DNA of 64,000 nt, taken from NCBI GenBank assembly GCA_037445065.1, contig JBBILD010000018.1:1-64000 (forward strand), in the 5' to 3' direction. The stretch's first letter is position 1. Each line of letters starts with the position of its first letter. The notes under the pieces are model-generated. The model did no database searches and was not told the DNA's origin. It saw only the letters and a list, made by a program, of their open reading frames with translations. Source of the stretch: Myxococcales bacterium (GTDB taxonomy: Bacteria; Desulfobacterota; Binatia; HRBIN30). This document shows, in pieces, positions 24,417-34,418 of the stretch. The translations under genes and the position numbers were made by a program.

Positions 24417-24743
24417 CTACTTTCCGGCGGCCATGCCGCCCGCGGCACCGGCAGCAGGTTTTGGCTTCGCAGTCGGGCGGGCTGCCTTTTTCCGAGCTGG
24501 CGCTGCCTTGCCTTTGCCTTTCGAAGAACGCTCGAGCTGCTGGCGCATCTCGCGTGCGTACTTCTCCACCTGAGCGGCAACGACTGCGGCTTGCTTGCGC
24601 AGCTGGTTGGCTGCCCCCTCGAGGTTTTTGAGAATCCCGGTCTCTTCCACCCGTCTCCGGATGTCGGTTCGGAGCCGCTTAGCGATCCGTTCGACTTCGT
24701 TGACCAACTCGCGAATTCGGTGGTTGCGTGCCTTGTCTGCCAT
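24417..24743 (-). CDS. Hypothetical helical protein with Ala/Lys/Pro-rich tail
   Basis: Strong SD GGAGGAGG before ATG 24743; amphipathic/coiled-coil body followed by KAAPARKKAARPTAKPKPAA. Confidence 0.75.
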   Translation of the reverse strand: MADKARNHRIRELVNEVERIAKRLRTDIRRRVEETGILKNLEGAANQLRKQAAVVAAQVEKYAREMRQQLERSSKGKGKAAPARKKAARPTAKPKPAAGAAGGMAAGK

Positions 24744-24985
24744 ATACCTCCCTCCCGCGCCGAACATCGAAGTGCGGCGCTCCTACCAGATTTGGCACCT
24801 CATTCCTAGAGTCTGCTCACCTCGGCGTAGCAACGATCGCTCCCCGGCGACCCGGTCCGCAGCGGTGGCCCATCGCAGACGCCGTTCTCACAATGATGCG
24901 CGAGGCCGCCGAGAGCGAGTTCCAGCCTTAAGAAAGTTGGCCGGTTGCAACTGAAAAACGGGGACCGGTGTTACGGGTCCGGCCT

Positions 24986-25002
24986 TTGGATCAGTGTTTG
25001 CT
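24986..25002 (+). promoter_or_regulatory. Possible sigma54 promoter
   Basis: TTGGATCAGTGTTTGCT has GG-N10-GC with TTGCT at -12, 30 nt before ATG 25032; it lacks the canonical CAC. Confidence 0.5.
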
Positions 25003-25031
25003 GTGAGCGCGTGAACCAAAGGGTGGAGCCG

Positions 25032-25463
25032 ATGACCCCGTTCGACAGAGTGATGTTCGAGGACCTATTTGCGGAGGACGCGCTGACCCCCATTCAGTTC
25101 TTCGGCCGCTCCGGTTCCGAGCGAGTCCGGCGCACGGGAGAGTGTCAACTCCTTGCTGCCCTGCTCGCCGATGCCATCCGTTGTTATCAGCGGAACTACT
25201 TTGCCGTGAGTCGCAGCCGCAAGCGATTGTTCCGGGAGGCTGAGCAATGGCTCATGGAGCCAGCACCCAGCGATGGTTCGGGGCCTGCGTTTTCTTTCCA
25301 CTACGTGTGCGATGTGCTCGGTATCGAGCCTGAAACCATCCGCAACGCGCTGCGCCGATGGAGCGAAACCCAGTGCATGTCAGCGCCGCGCCGGCTGCCC
25401 GCCCCCGCCGCCAGCGGCAGAGTGCGGCCGCGCCGCGGCTCGCGGCAGCGCGCTGCGTCCTAA
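25032..25463 (+). CDS. Conserved-looking hypothetical protein
   Basis: GGAG SD; protein-like sequence LFAEDALTPIQFF..LLAALLADAIRCYQ..LFREAEQW..FSFHYVCDVLGIEP. Confidence 0.75.
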   Translation: MTPFDRVMFEDLFAEDALTPIQFFGRSGSERVRRTGECQLLAALLADAIRCYQRNYFAVSRSRKRLFREAEQWLMEPAPSDGSGPAFSFHYVCDVLGIEPETIRNALRRWSETQCMSAPRRLPAPAASGRVRPRRGSRQRAAS

Positions 25464-26619
25464 ACGGAGGCGGCCGAAACGGGGAGCTCCTCCCGCATCT
25501 TCCTGTGACAAGGACTGACTCCGTGCCAGCGCCAACAGGGCGAAGACAAGCGGGGTCGCTTTCGGCGGAGGGAGCGGGTGGCACCGTAGCGATCCACCGG
25601 CGCGCGATAGGAAGCTCCCGACGGAACCGGGGATCGCAAGGAAGAGCCCGCTCGTAAGAAAGCGACGAGAGGCGGTTTCATCACCATCCGCCCCTGGGCT
25701 TTACGGCTGCACAAAAAGCCTTGCTCCCATTCGCGATTCGGCCCTCGGGTCAGGTCAGAGCCCCGAATCGTTGCGCGTGTGGCGCCGGTCGCCCCCGCTA
25801 TTGCCCCAGGCGCACAGTCAAGCTGCCCCGCGGTACGAGGGGTACCTTGCCACTTGGGGAGAGTCCTGGCGCACAATCAGCCGCTGATGAAAGCCACGCG
25901 CGCTCCGCTATCAGGCGCGGACCAAACACTTGCGAGCCGCCACGCTGACAGCGTCTTACGCTGTTGCTGGCTTGCCGAACACCGCTTGCGTGGCACAGGT
26001 CGATGCCGCCCGCATTTTCGGAGTCCGCACATTCGTCCCAGCGACGGTGGTGTGGCAGCTTCGCGGGTGCAAGGCGGGAGCGCAGATGCTCCCCACGGCC
26101 CGCAAACGCTCAAAGGCCGTTTTCCTGCCTGCACGAACCAGGCAACTCCTGGAGAGACCGTGAGTTTGATCCGTGGTGGCTCCGAAGCAGGTGGCCATGC
26201 ACCGGCACGTGGCCCCACGCTCGGCTCGGAATCGGGTCTCCCACTCAAGACCCCCTCGCCACCGGGAATCACCGGATCGCCCTCGTTCGATGGTTGGTTG
26301 CTGGCTACAAACGAAGCCGGGCCCTGGCGTTCCAACCTCGGTAGGGCAGCTTCTGGGAGCTTTCGAAGATCCGGCGGACTGGCGACTTCCGCACGACCCG
26401 AGCTGATGCGGCGCGTTTGCTTCGACTGCGGGGCAAGGGGGGCGGCGCGAAACATAGCGTACCGGGTGGCTCCCGTATGACGGCGGAATCCAGAAACCCC
26501 TGTGTACCGGCTGCTCTAGGGGGTCTCTGCTTTCCAACCTGGAGGAAGCACGGTAGACGCAACCGGTTCCCTTTTCGTAAAAGGAAGGCAAAGTGCAGCA
26601 TGGCCTTCGGAGGGAGAAA

Positions 26620-26970
26620 ATGGAAGCGCTTATTCTTTACCACAATCCCCGTTGCCGCAAGAGTCGAGAAGCTCTGGAATTGCTGCAAAGTCGGAACGTG
26701 CCACTGCAGGTGGTCGAGTACCTCAAGCAGCCCCTCACCTTGGAGGAGCTACGAAACCTGAGGAAAAAGCTCGGGCTCCCTCCATCTGCTTGGGTGCGCA
26801 AAGGAGAGAAGGAGTACAAGGCTGCCGGACTCAGCGGGGACAGTTCCGAAGAGGAGATTTTGCGCGCTATGGCTCAGTTCCCGATCCTGATGGAACGGCC
26901 CATCGTGGTGCGGGGCAACAAGGCTGTGGTCGGCCGCCCGCCAGAACGGGTTTTGGAACTCGTCGGCTGA
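26620..26970 (+). CDS. arsC: ArsC-family (glutaredoxin-type) arsenate reductase-like protein
   Basis: YHNPRCRKSRE, LMERPIVV, GRPPE; GGAGGGAG SD. Confidence 0.88.
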   Translation: MEALILYHNPRCRKSREALELLQSRNVPLQVVEYLKQPLTLEELRNLRKKLGLPPSAWVRKGEKEYKAAGLSGDSSEEEILRAMAQFPILMERPIVVRGNKAVVGRPPERVLELVG

Positions 26971-27171
26971 GTTGCGGTCTGCATTCCTGTCGTTCGTTTC
27001 GGTTCGGGCGCTGTCTTCGCCGGCCGCCGGCCCGCCCCCACTGTCACTCAAAGAAAGCCACCGATCGGGCGGCAGGTAGGCTCGCGCAGGGCGCCGCCTT
27101 GCGCTGGCGTGGCCCTCGCGGTTCCAACCCTCCCCTCCCCGGCGGACATGCACAGTAATCGTCCCGCCGTT

Positions 27172-29745
27172 TCAGGAATTCTCGTCGGAAGGGGGGGGAA
27201 GCGGCTCGGGTTCTCCACCGAGTTCCGTCAAAGGAGCGTCCGGCAGTGCTTCCCCGTTTTCCCCCGCCAACGGGGCGCGCGGCCCAGGCTGGCGGACAAT
27301 GATCACCTGTGCTTTGCCGTGGCCGCCCTTGCGTTTCTTCCGCTTGCGCCGCTTCTTGCGCGGCGGCTCGGGGCGCGCGATCGGCTGGTAGAACGTGGCC
27401 GGTCGTTCCCCCGCGCCGCGGCAGTTATCGCACAACCCACAAGGGGTACCGTCTTCCTCACCAAAGTAGCGGCGCAAGAAGACGGCTCGGCACTCGCGCG
27501 ACAAGGCGTACTCAGCGATCCGATCGAGGCGGCGGGCATCCTGGGTGCGCTGGGTCACAAAACGGGTCGCCAAAGTGCGGGCCTGTTCTTCGAACTCCTG
27601 GGCGGGAACGGTGATGCGGACTCCATCCTCCTCGAGCTTTACCAATCCTGCCTCTTCGAGCACGACGAGCAGCGCCTTTGCCTGCCGCTCGTTGAGCTGC
27701 GCGGCCAACGTTAGCGCTTCCATGTTGGGCTCTCGCCCCTCGGCAGCATAGGCGGCCAGCACCGTGCTGATCCGGTACAACTGATCGGGCCGGATGCGGC
27801 TCCCCTGCTGAAGCACTTCGTGAGTCTCCCGATCCTTCGGATCGAACAACAAAATGCAGTGGGCGCGGCGGCCATCGCGACCAGCCCGACCTGCCTCCTG
27901 CACATACTGTTCGAGCGACGCCGGAGCCTGGAAGTGGATAATGTATCGGATGTCGGGCTTGTCGATGCCGAGCCCGAAGGCGCTGGTGGCCACCATGATC
28001 GTACGCCGCCCGCGCTTCATGAACAGTTCTTGTTCGCGGTTGCGCTCTTTCGCGGGCATCTTGCCGTGATACCGATGCACGGGTAGGTGCATCAGCCGCA
28101 GGGCACCGTACAATTGGTCGACCGCCTTGGTCGTTGCGCAGTACACGATTCCCGGGCGCCGCAGCCGCTTGATGAAGCGAGTGAGCGCCCGCACCCGCTC
28201 GTTGCCAGTGGCTTGAACGACCTCGAACGCGAGGTTGGCGCGGTGCGGCGAGGAGGCCACTATAGCAGGCTCGCGCATCCCCAAGTAGCGAATGATGTCG
28301 TCGCGCACCGCTTGCGTTGCAGTCGCCGTCAGAGCCAACACCGGTGGACTGCCCAGCTCGTGCAGGCGTTCACCCAAGCGCATGTAGGCCGGGCGAAAGT
28401 CGTGCCCCCACTCAGAGATGCAATGCGCTTCATCCACAGCGGCCAGAGAAATGCCGCTTCGGCGCAAAGCTTCCCCTAGCTCCTCGGCGCCTAACGTTTC
28501 CGGGGTGGTCATGACCAACAGCGATCCTCCCCGGGCGATCCGCTCGAGCGCCTCCTGCCGCGCCTTGCCGCGCACCGTGCCGTCAATGCGCTCGACCGGG
28601 ATATTGCGAGTCAGGAGCTTCTCTTGTTGGTCTTTGAGCAGGGCGAGCAGCGGTGAGACCAACACCACCGGTTGCGGCAAGATCATGGAAGGAATCTGGT
28701 AACAAGCCGATTTGCCGAAGCCGGTCGGAAGGACGACGAGCACGTCGCGCCCTTCCATTGCCGCAGCGATGGCACGCTCCTGCTCCGGATACAGCCGTTG
28801 GATCCCGAGCCGCTGCGCCGCCTCGCAAATGCGCCGCCAGCGCTCGCGCTCCTCTGGCGACCGGTGCTTCTCGTCCGCCTGTGGCGACAGCGAAATCCAG
28901 GCGCCTTCGGGTTCCTCCTCTCCCTCATCGGGAAAGGTCTCTTCGCCCGTTTCCTCTTCAACGGGCGATGGCTCCTCTGCTTCCACTCCCGTGAGAGCCG
29001 CTGCCTCCTCCGCTTCTTCCTGCTCGTCCTCGGGCTCGACGGGTGCGTGCGGCTCGAGATCGAGGGGCGGTTCCCCGCCGGCATCCTGGTCGATTCCCTC
29101 GCCTCGAACTTTCTCGCCCGGCTCTTCCTCCGACCACGCCGGCGGAGAGTCACTCGGCTTGCTCGGCTCCGGCCGCGTTGGGCGCAGCCGATCGTGCGGC
29201 TCCTCGCCGCGATCCGGTCGCCAGAAAGTCTCTTCGTCTACGCGAGGCGGGTAATCCCACAACGGCTTTGTCCCGGGCAGCGGCTTGCGTTGCCACGGCG
29301 GCTTCTTACCCAAACCCGGCTTTTCCGGCCAAGAGCGCTTGCCCTTCCAGAACAGATCCAACTCCTCCCCGTGGAAAGGGGGCTTTGCCTCCTTCCAAAA
29401 ATCCAACTGCTGCGGTTCGACCGGAGTTTCCTTGCGGCGCGAGGAGGCGCGTCGCTTCTTGGCTGGCGCTTTTTCCTCTGCCAGGGTTTGCGAGGCCGGA
29501 GCCTCGTCGGGTTCACCGACCTCCTTCTCTGTAGCAGTCTCAGAGCGCTCCTCAGGCTGTTCGCCGGCCTCGGTAACACTGCGCCGACGCCTTCTCTTCG
29601 GCTTTGCCGTCTGCGGAGTTACTCCTTGCTGTTCCGCGGGGTTCGCGTCCGGCAACAAGGCCGCGTCACTCGAGTCCGGCGCAGTTTTCGGTAGCGCAGC
29701 CTCAGAGTCCGTCGTCTCGGGCGAATTCTTCTTCCGTCGTGGCAC
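27172..29745 (-). CDS. recQ: RecQ-family ATP-dependent DNA helicase with long disordered N-terminus
   Basis: PTGFGKSACYQ, VDEAHCISEWGHDFRPAY, TATAT, QEAGRAGRDG, Zn site CR..YFGE..CGLCDNC; no HRDC domain visible. Confidence 0.9.
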   Translation of the reverse strand: MPRRKKNSPETTDSEAALPKTAPDSSDAALLPDANPAEQQGVTPQTAKPKRRRRRSVTEAGEQPEERSETATEKEVGEPDEAPASQTLAEEKAPAKKRRASSRRKETPVEPQQLDFWKEAKPPFHGEELDLFWKGKRSWPEKPGLGKKPPWQRKPLPGTKPLWDYPPRVDEETFWRPDRGEEPHDRLRPTRPEPSKPSDSPPAWSEEEPGEKVRGEGIDQDAGGEPPLDLEPHAPVEPEDEQEEAEEAAALTGVEAEEPSPVEEETGEETFPDEGEEEPEGAWISLSPQADEKHRSPEERERWRRICEAAQRLGIQRLYPEQERAIAAAMEGRDVLVVLPTGFGKSACYQIPSMILPQPVVLVSPLLALLKDQQEKLLTRNIPVERIDGTVRGKARQEALERIARGGSLLVMTTPETLGAEELGEALRRSGISLAAVDEAHCISEWGHDFRPAYMRLGERLHELGSPPVLALTATATQAVRDDIIRYLGMREPAIVASSPHRANLAFEVVQATGNERVRALTRFIKRLRRPGIVYCATTKAVDQLYGALRLMHLPVHRYHGKMPAKERNREQELFMKRGRRTIMVATSAFGLGIDKPDIRYIIHFQAPASLEQYVQEAGRAGRDGRRAHCILLFDPKDRETHEVLQQGSRIRPDQLYRISTVLAAYAAEGREPNMEALTLAAQLNERQAKALLVVLEEAGLVKLEEDGVRITVPAQEFEEQARTLATRFVTQRTQDARRLDRIAEYALSRECRAVFLRRYFGEEDGTPCGLCDNCRGAGERPATFYQPIARPEPPRKKRRKRKKRKGGHGKAQVIIVRQPGPRAPLAGENGEALPDAPLTELGGEPEPLPPPSDENS

Positions 29746-30106
29746 CTCTGCTTCCCTCTCGCACTCCCACCAGCCTCAGCCCAGGTTCGAAGTTGTGCTC
29801 AGGTAGAGACCGAATAAGAAGCCGTGTCGCTTGCAGAATCTCGATTGTTTTCACCCACTGGGTCACCGAGCAGCACGATTGCTCACTGCGGCGGCTCCCC
29901 TCGCTCTGCCAATCGGGGTGGTTTGCTCTTTCCAGCTCGCGCGCCAACTGCTGGCACGGAGCCTCGTTCGCGTCAAGCTCCCTCTTGCAGAAAGAACCGC
30001 ACTAAGCAATGCCGAAACGAGCGCTTCGACGGCCTGCGGCGGTGGACGCGGCGGGTCTGGTTCGCGATACCGCTAATCGAACCGGTACAAGGAGAGGAGG
30101 AATCGA

Positions 30107-31309
30107 ATGCGTCTTGCGTTGCGTCCCGAGCACGAGAAGCTCCGTCAAGAGCTGAGGGACTACTACGCGAAGCTTCTCACCCCCGAAATCAAGGAAGAAA
30201 TCCGGCGCAGCGAAGGCGTGGGTCCGGTGGTGCGCCGCATCGTTCGGCAAATGGGGGAAGATGGCTGGCTCGGCATCGGCTGGCCAAAGGAGTATGGCGG
30301 GCGCGGGATGACGCCCATCGAGCAGTTCATCTTCTTCGATGAATCCATGCGTGCTGGCGCACCGGTGCCCATGCTGACGATCAACTCGGTCGCACCGACC
30401 ATCATGCAGTTCGGCACCGAAGAGCAGAAACAGTTTTACTTGCCCCCCATCCTACGAGGCGAGATCCACTTTGCCATCGGTTACACCGAGCCCAATGCGG
30501 GCACGGATCTCGCCTCGTTGCAGTGCCGAGCCGTACGCGACGGCGATCATTGGGTCATCAACGGGCAGAAGATCTTTACCAGCCTTGCTACGGACGCCGA
30601 TTACATTTGGTTGGCGGTCCGGACCGATCCGTGGCCCGATCCCAACGACCCGAGCAAATCGAAGCACAAAGGGATCTCCATCATTATCGTTCCGACGGAC
30701 ACGCCCGGCTTCCGCGTCGTCCCGATCAAGAACATGGGGGAACTCAACACAAACTACACTTTTTATGACGACGTGCGCGTCCCTCTCGGCAACCTGGTGG
30801 GCAAGGTCAACGGCGGCTGGAAGCTCATCACGAACCAGCTCAACTACGAGCGAGTCACTCTGTGCAGCTCGGGCATGATCGAGGGCGTATACGAAGATGT
30901 GCTCGCGTGGGCCCGGCAAACGTTGCTACCCGACGGGCAACGGGTGATTGATCTCCCGTGGGTGCAACAAAACTTCGCCCGCATCCACGCCCGCCTCGAC
31001 TTCTTGCGGCTGATGAATTTCAAGGTGGCCTGGCTGGCGGAGCAAAACGAACCTCTCAATCCGGCCCACGCCTCGACGATCAAGGTGTTCGGCACCGAGT
31101 TCTACCTCGAAGCGTGTCGGCTGATGCTCGAGATCCTCGGCGTCACCGGTACGTTTCGGCCCGGTTCCCCAGACGCTGCCCTGAACGGCAGAGTCGGGCA
31201 GCTCTTGCGCGCCGTGCACATCCTCACCTTCGGGGGCGGAACGAACGAAATGCAGCGGGATCTGATTTGCTTGTTCGGGCTGGGTATGCCCGTGATGCCG
31301 CGTTTTTGA
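30107..31309 (+). CDS. Acyl-CoA dehydrogenase, FadE26/ChsE4-like catalytic subunit
   Basis: IGYTEPNAGTDLASL, INGQKIFTS, NQLNYER, LTFGGGTNEMQR, LGMP. Confidence 0.88.
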   Translation: MRLALRPEHEKLRQELRDYYAKLLTPEIKEEIRRSEGVGPVVRRIVRQMGEDGWLGIGWPKEYGGRGMTPIEQFIFFDESMRAGAPVPMLTINSVAPTIMQFGTEEQKQFYLPPILRGEIHFAIGYTEPNAGTDLASLQCRAVRDGDHWVINGQKIFTSLATDADYIWLAVRTDPWPDPNDPSKSKHKGISIIIVPTDTPGFRVVPIKNMGELNTNYTFYDDVRVPLGNLVGKVNGGWKLITNQLNYERVTLCSSGMIEGVYEDVLAWARQTLLPDGQRVIDLPWVQQNFARIHARLDFLRLMNFKVAWLAEQNEPLNPAHASTIKVFGTEFYLEACRLMLEILGVTGTFRPGSPDAALNGRVGQLLRAVHILTFGGGTNEMQRDLICLFGLGMPVMPRF

Positions 31310-31331
31310 CCGTCGCCAGGAGGAACCGACC

Positions 31332-32447
31332 ATGGATTTTTCGTTTACCGATGAGCAAAAGGCACTCCGGGATCTAGCTGAACAGATTCTGCGCGACCGC
31401 TGCGCGCTCGAGCGCCTAAAACAGGTGGAGCAGAGCCCAGTGGGAATGGACGAGGAGTTGTGGTCCGAACTCGGCAAGGCGGGTCTCCTCGGCGTCACCG
31501 TCCCCGAAGAATTCGGGGGAAGCAGTGGCAACATGATCGAGGCTTGCTTACTCCTCGAACAACAAGGCCGCTTCTTGCCTCTCTTGCCGCTGCTTCCGCA
31601 CTTGGTCGGTTGTCTGACCTTGGGCCGCTTCGGGAGCGAAGAAATTCGGGAGCAGATCCTCCCGTCTGCTGCTACGGGCCAAAGCTGGCTTACGGCAGCG
31701 CTCAGTGAGTTCGGGGCCGACCCATACGAACCCGTGACTGCAGCTTCGCCTGACGGCGAACGATGGCGCTTGTTTGGAACCAAGCTCGGTGTGCCGTGGG
31801 CCGACCGAGCAGAGATCATTCTCGTACCGGCGCGCACGGCCGAAGGGCAAAAGCTCCTATTCGCAGTTCCCCCTGGAACCCGAGGTGTGACTCTAGAGCG
31901 GCAGCAAACGACCAACTGGGAACCCCACTTTCGCATGCGTATGCAAAGCACCCCGTTGCCTGCCTCAGCACTGATCGGGGGCCCGGAGCTCGGGGAAGCG
32001 GCAGTGCGTTATCTGGTGGACCGCTACCTGGTGGGCCTGTGCGCCATTGCATCTGGCGCCTGCCAGGAAGCGGTGCGCATCACTGCCCAGTACTCCTCCA
32101 ACCGCAAGCAGTTCGATAAACCAATCGCCATGTTCCAAGCCGTCGGCCAGCGCATGGCCGATTCCTACATTGACAACGAAGCGGTCCAACTCACCATGTG
32201 GCAAGCGGCTTCGCGCCTCGCCGAAGAGTTGCCGAGCGAACGGGAAGTGGCCACCGCGAAATTTTGGGCTGCGGACGCTGGCCACCGCATCGGGCATGCC
32301 GCCCTGCACATTCATGGCGGGATCAGTATTGATGTGGATTATCCCATTCACCGCTATTTCCTGTGGCTGAAGCAAATCGAGTACACGCTGGGCGCAGCTA
32401 CCCCGCAACTCGTCCGCTTGGGCCAACTCCTGGCCGCGGAAACATGA
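31332..32447 (+). CDS. Acyl-CoA dehydrogenase, FadE27/ChsE5-like partner subunit
   Basis: MDFSFTDEQ, RKQFDKPIAMFQAV, HIHGGISIDVDYPIHRYF..KQIEYTLG; degenerate TAALSE and no GTxE motif. Confidence 0.85.
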   Translation: MDFSFTDEQKALRDLAEQILRDRCALERLKQVEQSPVGMDEELWSELGKAGLLGVTVPEEFGGSSGNMIEACLLLEQQGRFLPLLPLLPHLVGCLTLGRFGSEEIREQILPSAATGQSWLTAALSEFGADPYEPVTAASPDGERWRLFGTKLGVPWADRAEIILVPARTAEGQKLLFAVPPGTRGVTLERQQTTNWEPHFRMRMQSTPLPASALIGGPELGEAAVRYLVDRYLVGLCAIASGACQEAVRITAQYSSNRKQFDKPIAMFQAVGQRMADSYIDNEAVQLTMWQAASRLAEELPSEREVATAKFWAADAGHRIGHAALHIHGGISIDVDYPIHRYFLWLKQIEYTLGAATPQLVRLGQLLAAET

Positions 32448-33055
32448 GCCCGGCGCTTCCGCAGGACTCCAAGCAGACCAGGCAACGCGCCGCCAATCTG
32501 CTGTCGGTACTCGCCTTTCTTACCTCGCTGGCTGCCCTGGCCTTGGCTAGTGGGGTGTGGCAGCGCAGTCAGTCCAAAGTGAAGGGCGCAGACTGGGCGC
32601 AGGGAATTCAGCTCATTGCGTTCTACGAGGAACGGTGGGACTCCGAGGAAATGATCCAGGTGCGGGCGGAGGCGGCGACTTCGCTTTTGTCGCGCACGAG
32701 CGCGGACGAGGTCGAGTTCGTACTCGCCTTTTTCGACGAACTCGGCCTGCTATTGTCGCGGCGAGTCGTTGACGCCGAACTCCTCTGGTACCATTTCTAC
32801 TGGCCTGCGGCTTCGTATCTCCTAGCTGCCAATCGGCTAACGGATGCCGAGGAACGCGCCGTGACCTATCCCTACCTCGCCAACCTCCTCACCCAGCTCC
32901 AAGAGGTGCAGCGGGAGCGCACTCCGCGGGAGCGCGCCCTGCGACCGACGGAAAACGAGGTGGACGAGTTCCTGAGCAACGAAGCCACGCCGCCGAGCTG
33001 CGAGGAACCAGAAAGCGACGGAGAGGAAGGCGAAGTGCAAATGACGCCCCTCTGA
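32444..33055 (+). CDS. Hypothetical membrane-anchored protein
   Basis: ATGA-coupled to the upstream gene; N-terminal TM helix, helical domain, acidic tail. Confidence 0.7.
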   Translation: MSPALPQDSKQTRQRAANLLSVLAFLTSLAALALASGVWQRSQSKVKGADWAQGIQLIAFYEERWDSEEMIQVRAEAATSLLSRTSADEVEFVLAFFDELGLLLSRRVVDAELLWYHFYWPAASYLLAANRLTDAEERAVTYPYLANLLTQLQEVQRERTPRERALRPTENEVDEFLSNEATPPSCEEPESDGEEGEVQMTPL

Positions 33056-33070
33056 CTACACCGTTGCAGG

Positions 33071-34231
33071 TTATGGCCGGGTGAGAGCACCAGCAACAGT
33101 GAGCACCCCCTCGCTTTGCCCCGGCTCGGGCGGAAGGTCGAATTCGAACACGAAGCGAGCGCCCTCTGGCGTGGCCTGTGGAAGCAGGAAGGGATCGAAG
33201 CGGTGGTCATCCGCCACGTATGCGAGCAGGAAGGGCACCGCGTAACGGAGCGCGTATCCATGGACCTCGTCGGCAGTGGCCGTTTCGGGCGTGCATTCCA
33301 AGCAGAAATCGGAAAACGGGGAGTGCGTGGTACGCTCGAGTTCGACTAGGATCTTGGGAGGATGAAGCAAGGAAAAGCCGAGGCGAGCATCCCCTAGCAA
33401 AGAATCGAGTACGCCTACCTGAATCATCACAGGCCGCTGCAGCGAAGCGACTTCGTCTCGGATCGTTCGCGTGACAGGCGCAAACGCAACGCCAGCACGG
33501 AAGCGGCTGTCGCGGGCAAGTACGCGGAAGGTCGTTAACCCACCGAAGGAGTGGCCGCTCATACCGACGCGGGCGGGATCAATACGCTGGTAGAAGAACG
33601 ACTGCGGATCCTGGTTCAATTCCAGCAGCCGATCGAGGACAAAGATGATGTCGGCCGGTCGGTTGACGAACGAATCCGCGAGCACCGCGGGAGTGCTGCA
33701 GGTGAGAAAGTCCGAAGTCGTATTGCCGGGGTGCGGGGGTGCGGCAACTACAAACCCCCACGTGGCGAGGCGGCGGACGAGAAAGAGCGATTGGCGCTCG
33801 AAGCCGCACGAGCCGTGGGAAAACAAAATGAGCGGCAAGCGCTCCAACCCTTCCGCAAACGGGGCCAGCGGCTGGCCTCCCGGGTTGACATCGTTCGGGA
33901 AGGTGCCGGGTGCAGCCGGGTACCAGATGCTGGTGCGCAGTAAGCGCTGCTCGCTCGGGTTTGTTTCCGATGGTTTGACGAAGTCGAGGCGTTGAAAGCC
34001 GGTACCATAAGGGCCGTCTTCCACCGGGCTCACGGCTCCCATGGCCTTACGGATCAAATCTGCAGCGCTAGCCCTTCCGTCCGCGTTGACGTCGCCCCCG
34101 GCATGGCCAGCCGGGGTGGCAAACACCTGTGTGATGGTAAATTCAACAGTTCCGAAAAGGGAGCCAGGGAAGGCCAAGCTCAAGAGCGCGCCACCCAGGA
34201 CCCAGGTTCGAGCCTTACGCGCACACAGCAT
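33071..34231 (-). CDS. Secreted alpha/beta hydrolase (PAF-AH/dienelactone-hydrolase-like) with a dockerin-like loop
   Basis: Signal peptide, GDVNADGRASAADL, IWYPA, FSHG, GHSFGG, catalytic D/H candidates. Confidence 0.85.
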   Translation of the reverse strand: MLCARKARTWVLGGALLSLAFPGSLFGTVEFTITQVFATPAGHAGGDVNADGRASAADLIRKAMGAVSPVEDGPYGTGFQRLDFVKPSETNPSEQRLLRTSIWYPAAPGTFPNDVNPGGQPLAPFAEGLERLPLILFSHGSCGFERQSLFLVRRLATWGFVVAAPPHPGNTTSDFLTCSTPAVLADSFVNRPADIIFVLDRLLELNQDPQSFFYQRIDPARVGMSGHSFGGLTTFRVLARDSRFRAGVAFAPVTRTIRDEVASLQRPVMIQVGVLDSLLGDARLGFSLLHPPKILVELERTTHSPFSDFCLECTPETATADEVHGYALRYAVPFLLAYVADDHRFDPFLLPQATPEGARFVFEFDLPPEPGQSEGVLTVAGALTRP

Positions 34232-34380
34232 TTCTATTCTACTCCTTTCCGGGCTTCTCCCGCTGCCTCCGCTTATCGCAAGTCGCGCCGGAGGTCACGC
34301 GCGGGGGTAGAAATCTACCTGCGCCCAACAGGCAGACGCGTTTCACGCGCGCCGTTTCGGGACCAAAGGCTGCGTCGTGG

Positions 34381-34409
34381 TTGAATCACCGAGACTGCAA
34401 CTGTATTCC
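34381..34409 (+). promoter_or_regulatory. sigma70-type promoter, near-leaderless (glyQS)
   Basis: TTGAAT-N17-TATTCC-N9-ATG. Confidence 0.5.
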
Positions 34410-34418
34410 GGTGCGGCA

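Noticed and set aside
25779..26591. ORFs of 190-230 aa on both strands in the gap
   Set aside because: Low-complexity R/P/G/S composition, no motifs and no consistent SD.
29950..29970. TGGCAC as a sigma54 promoter for the acyl-CoA dehydrogenase pair
   Set aside because: No GC at the -12 position.
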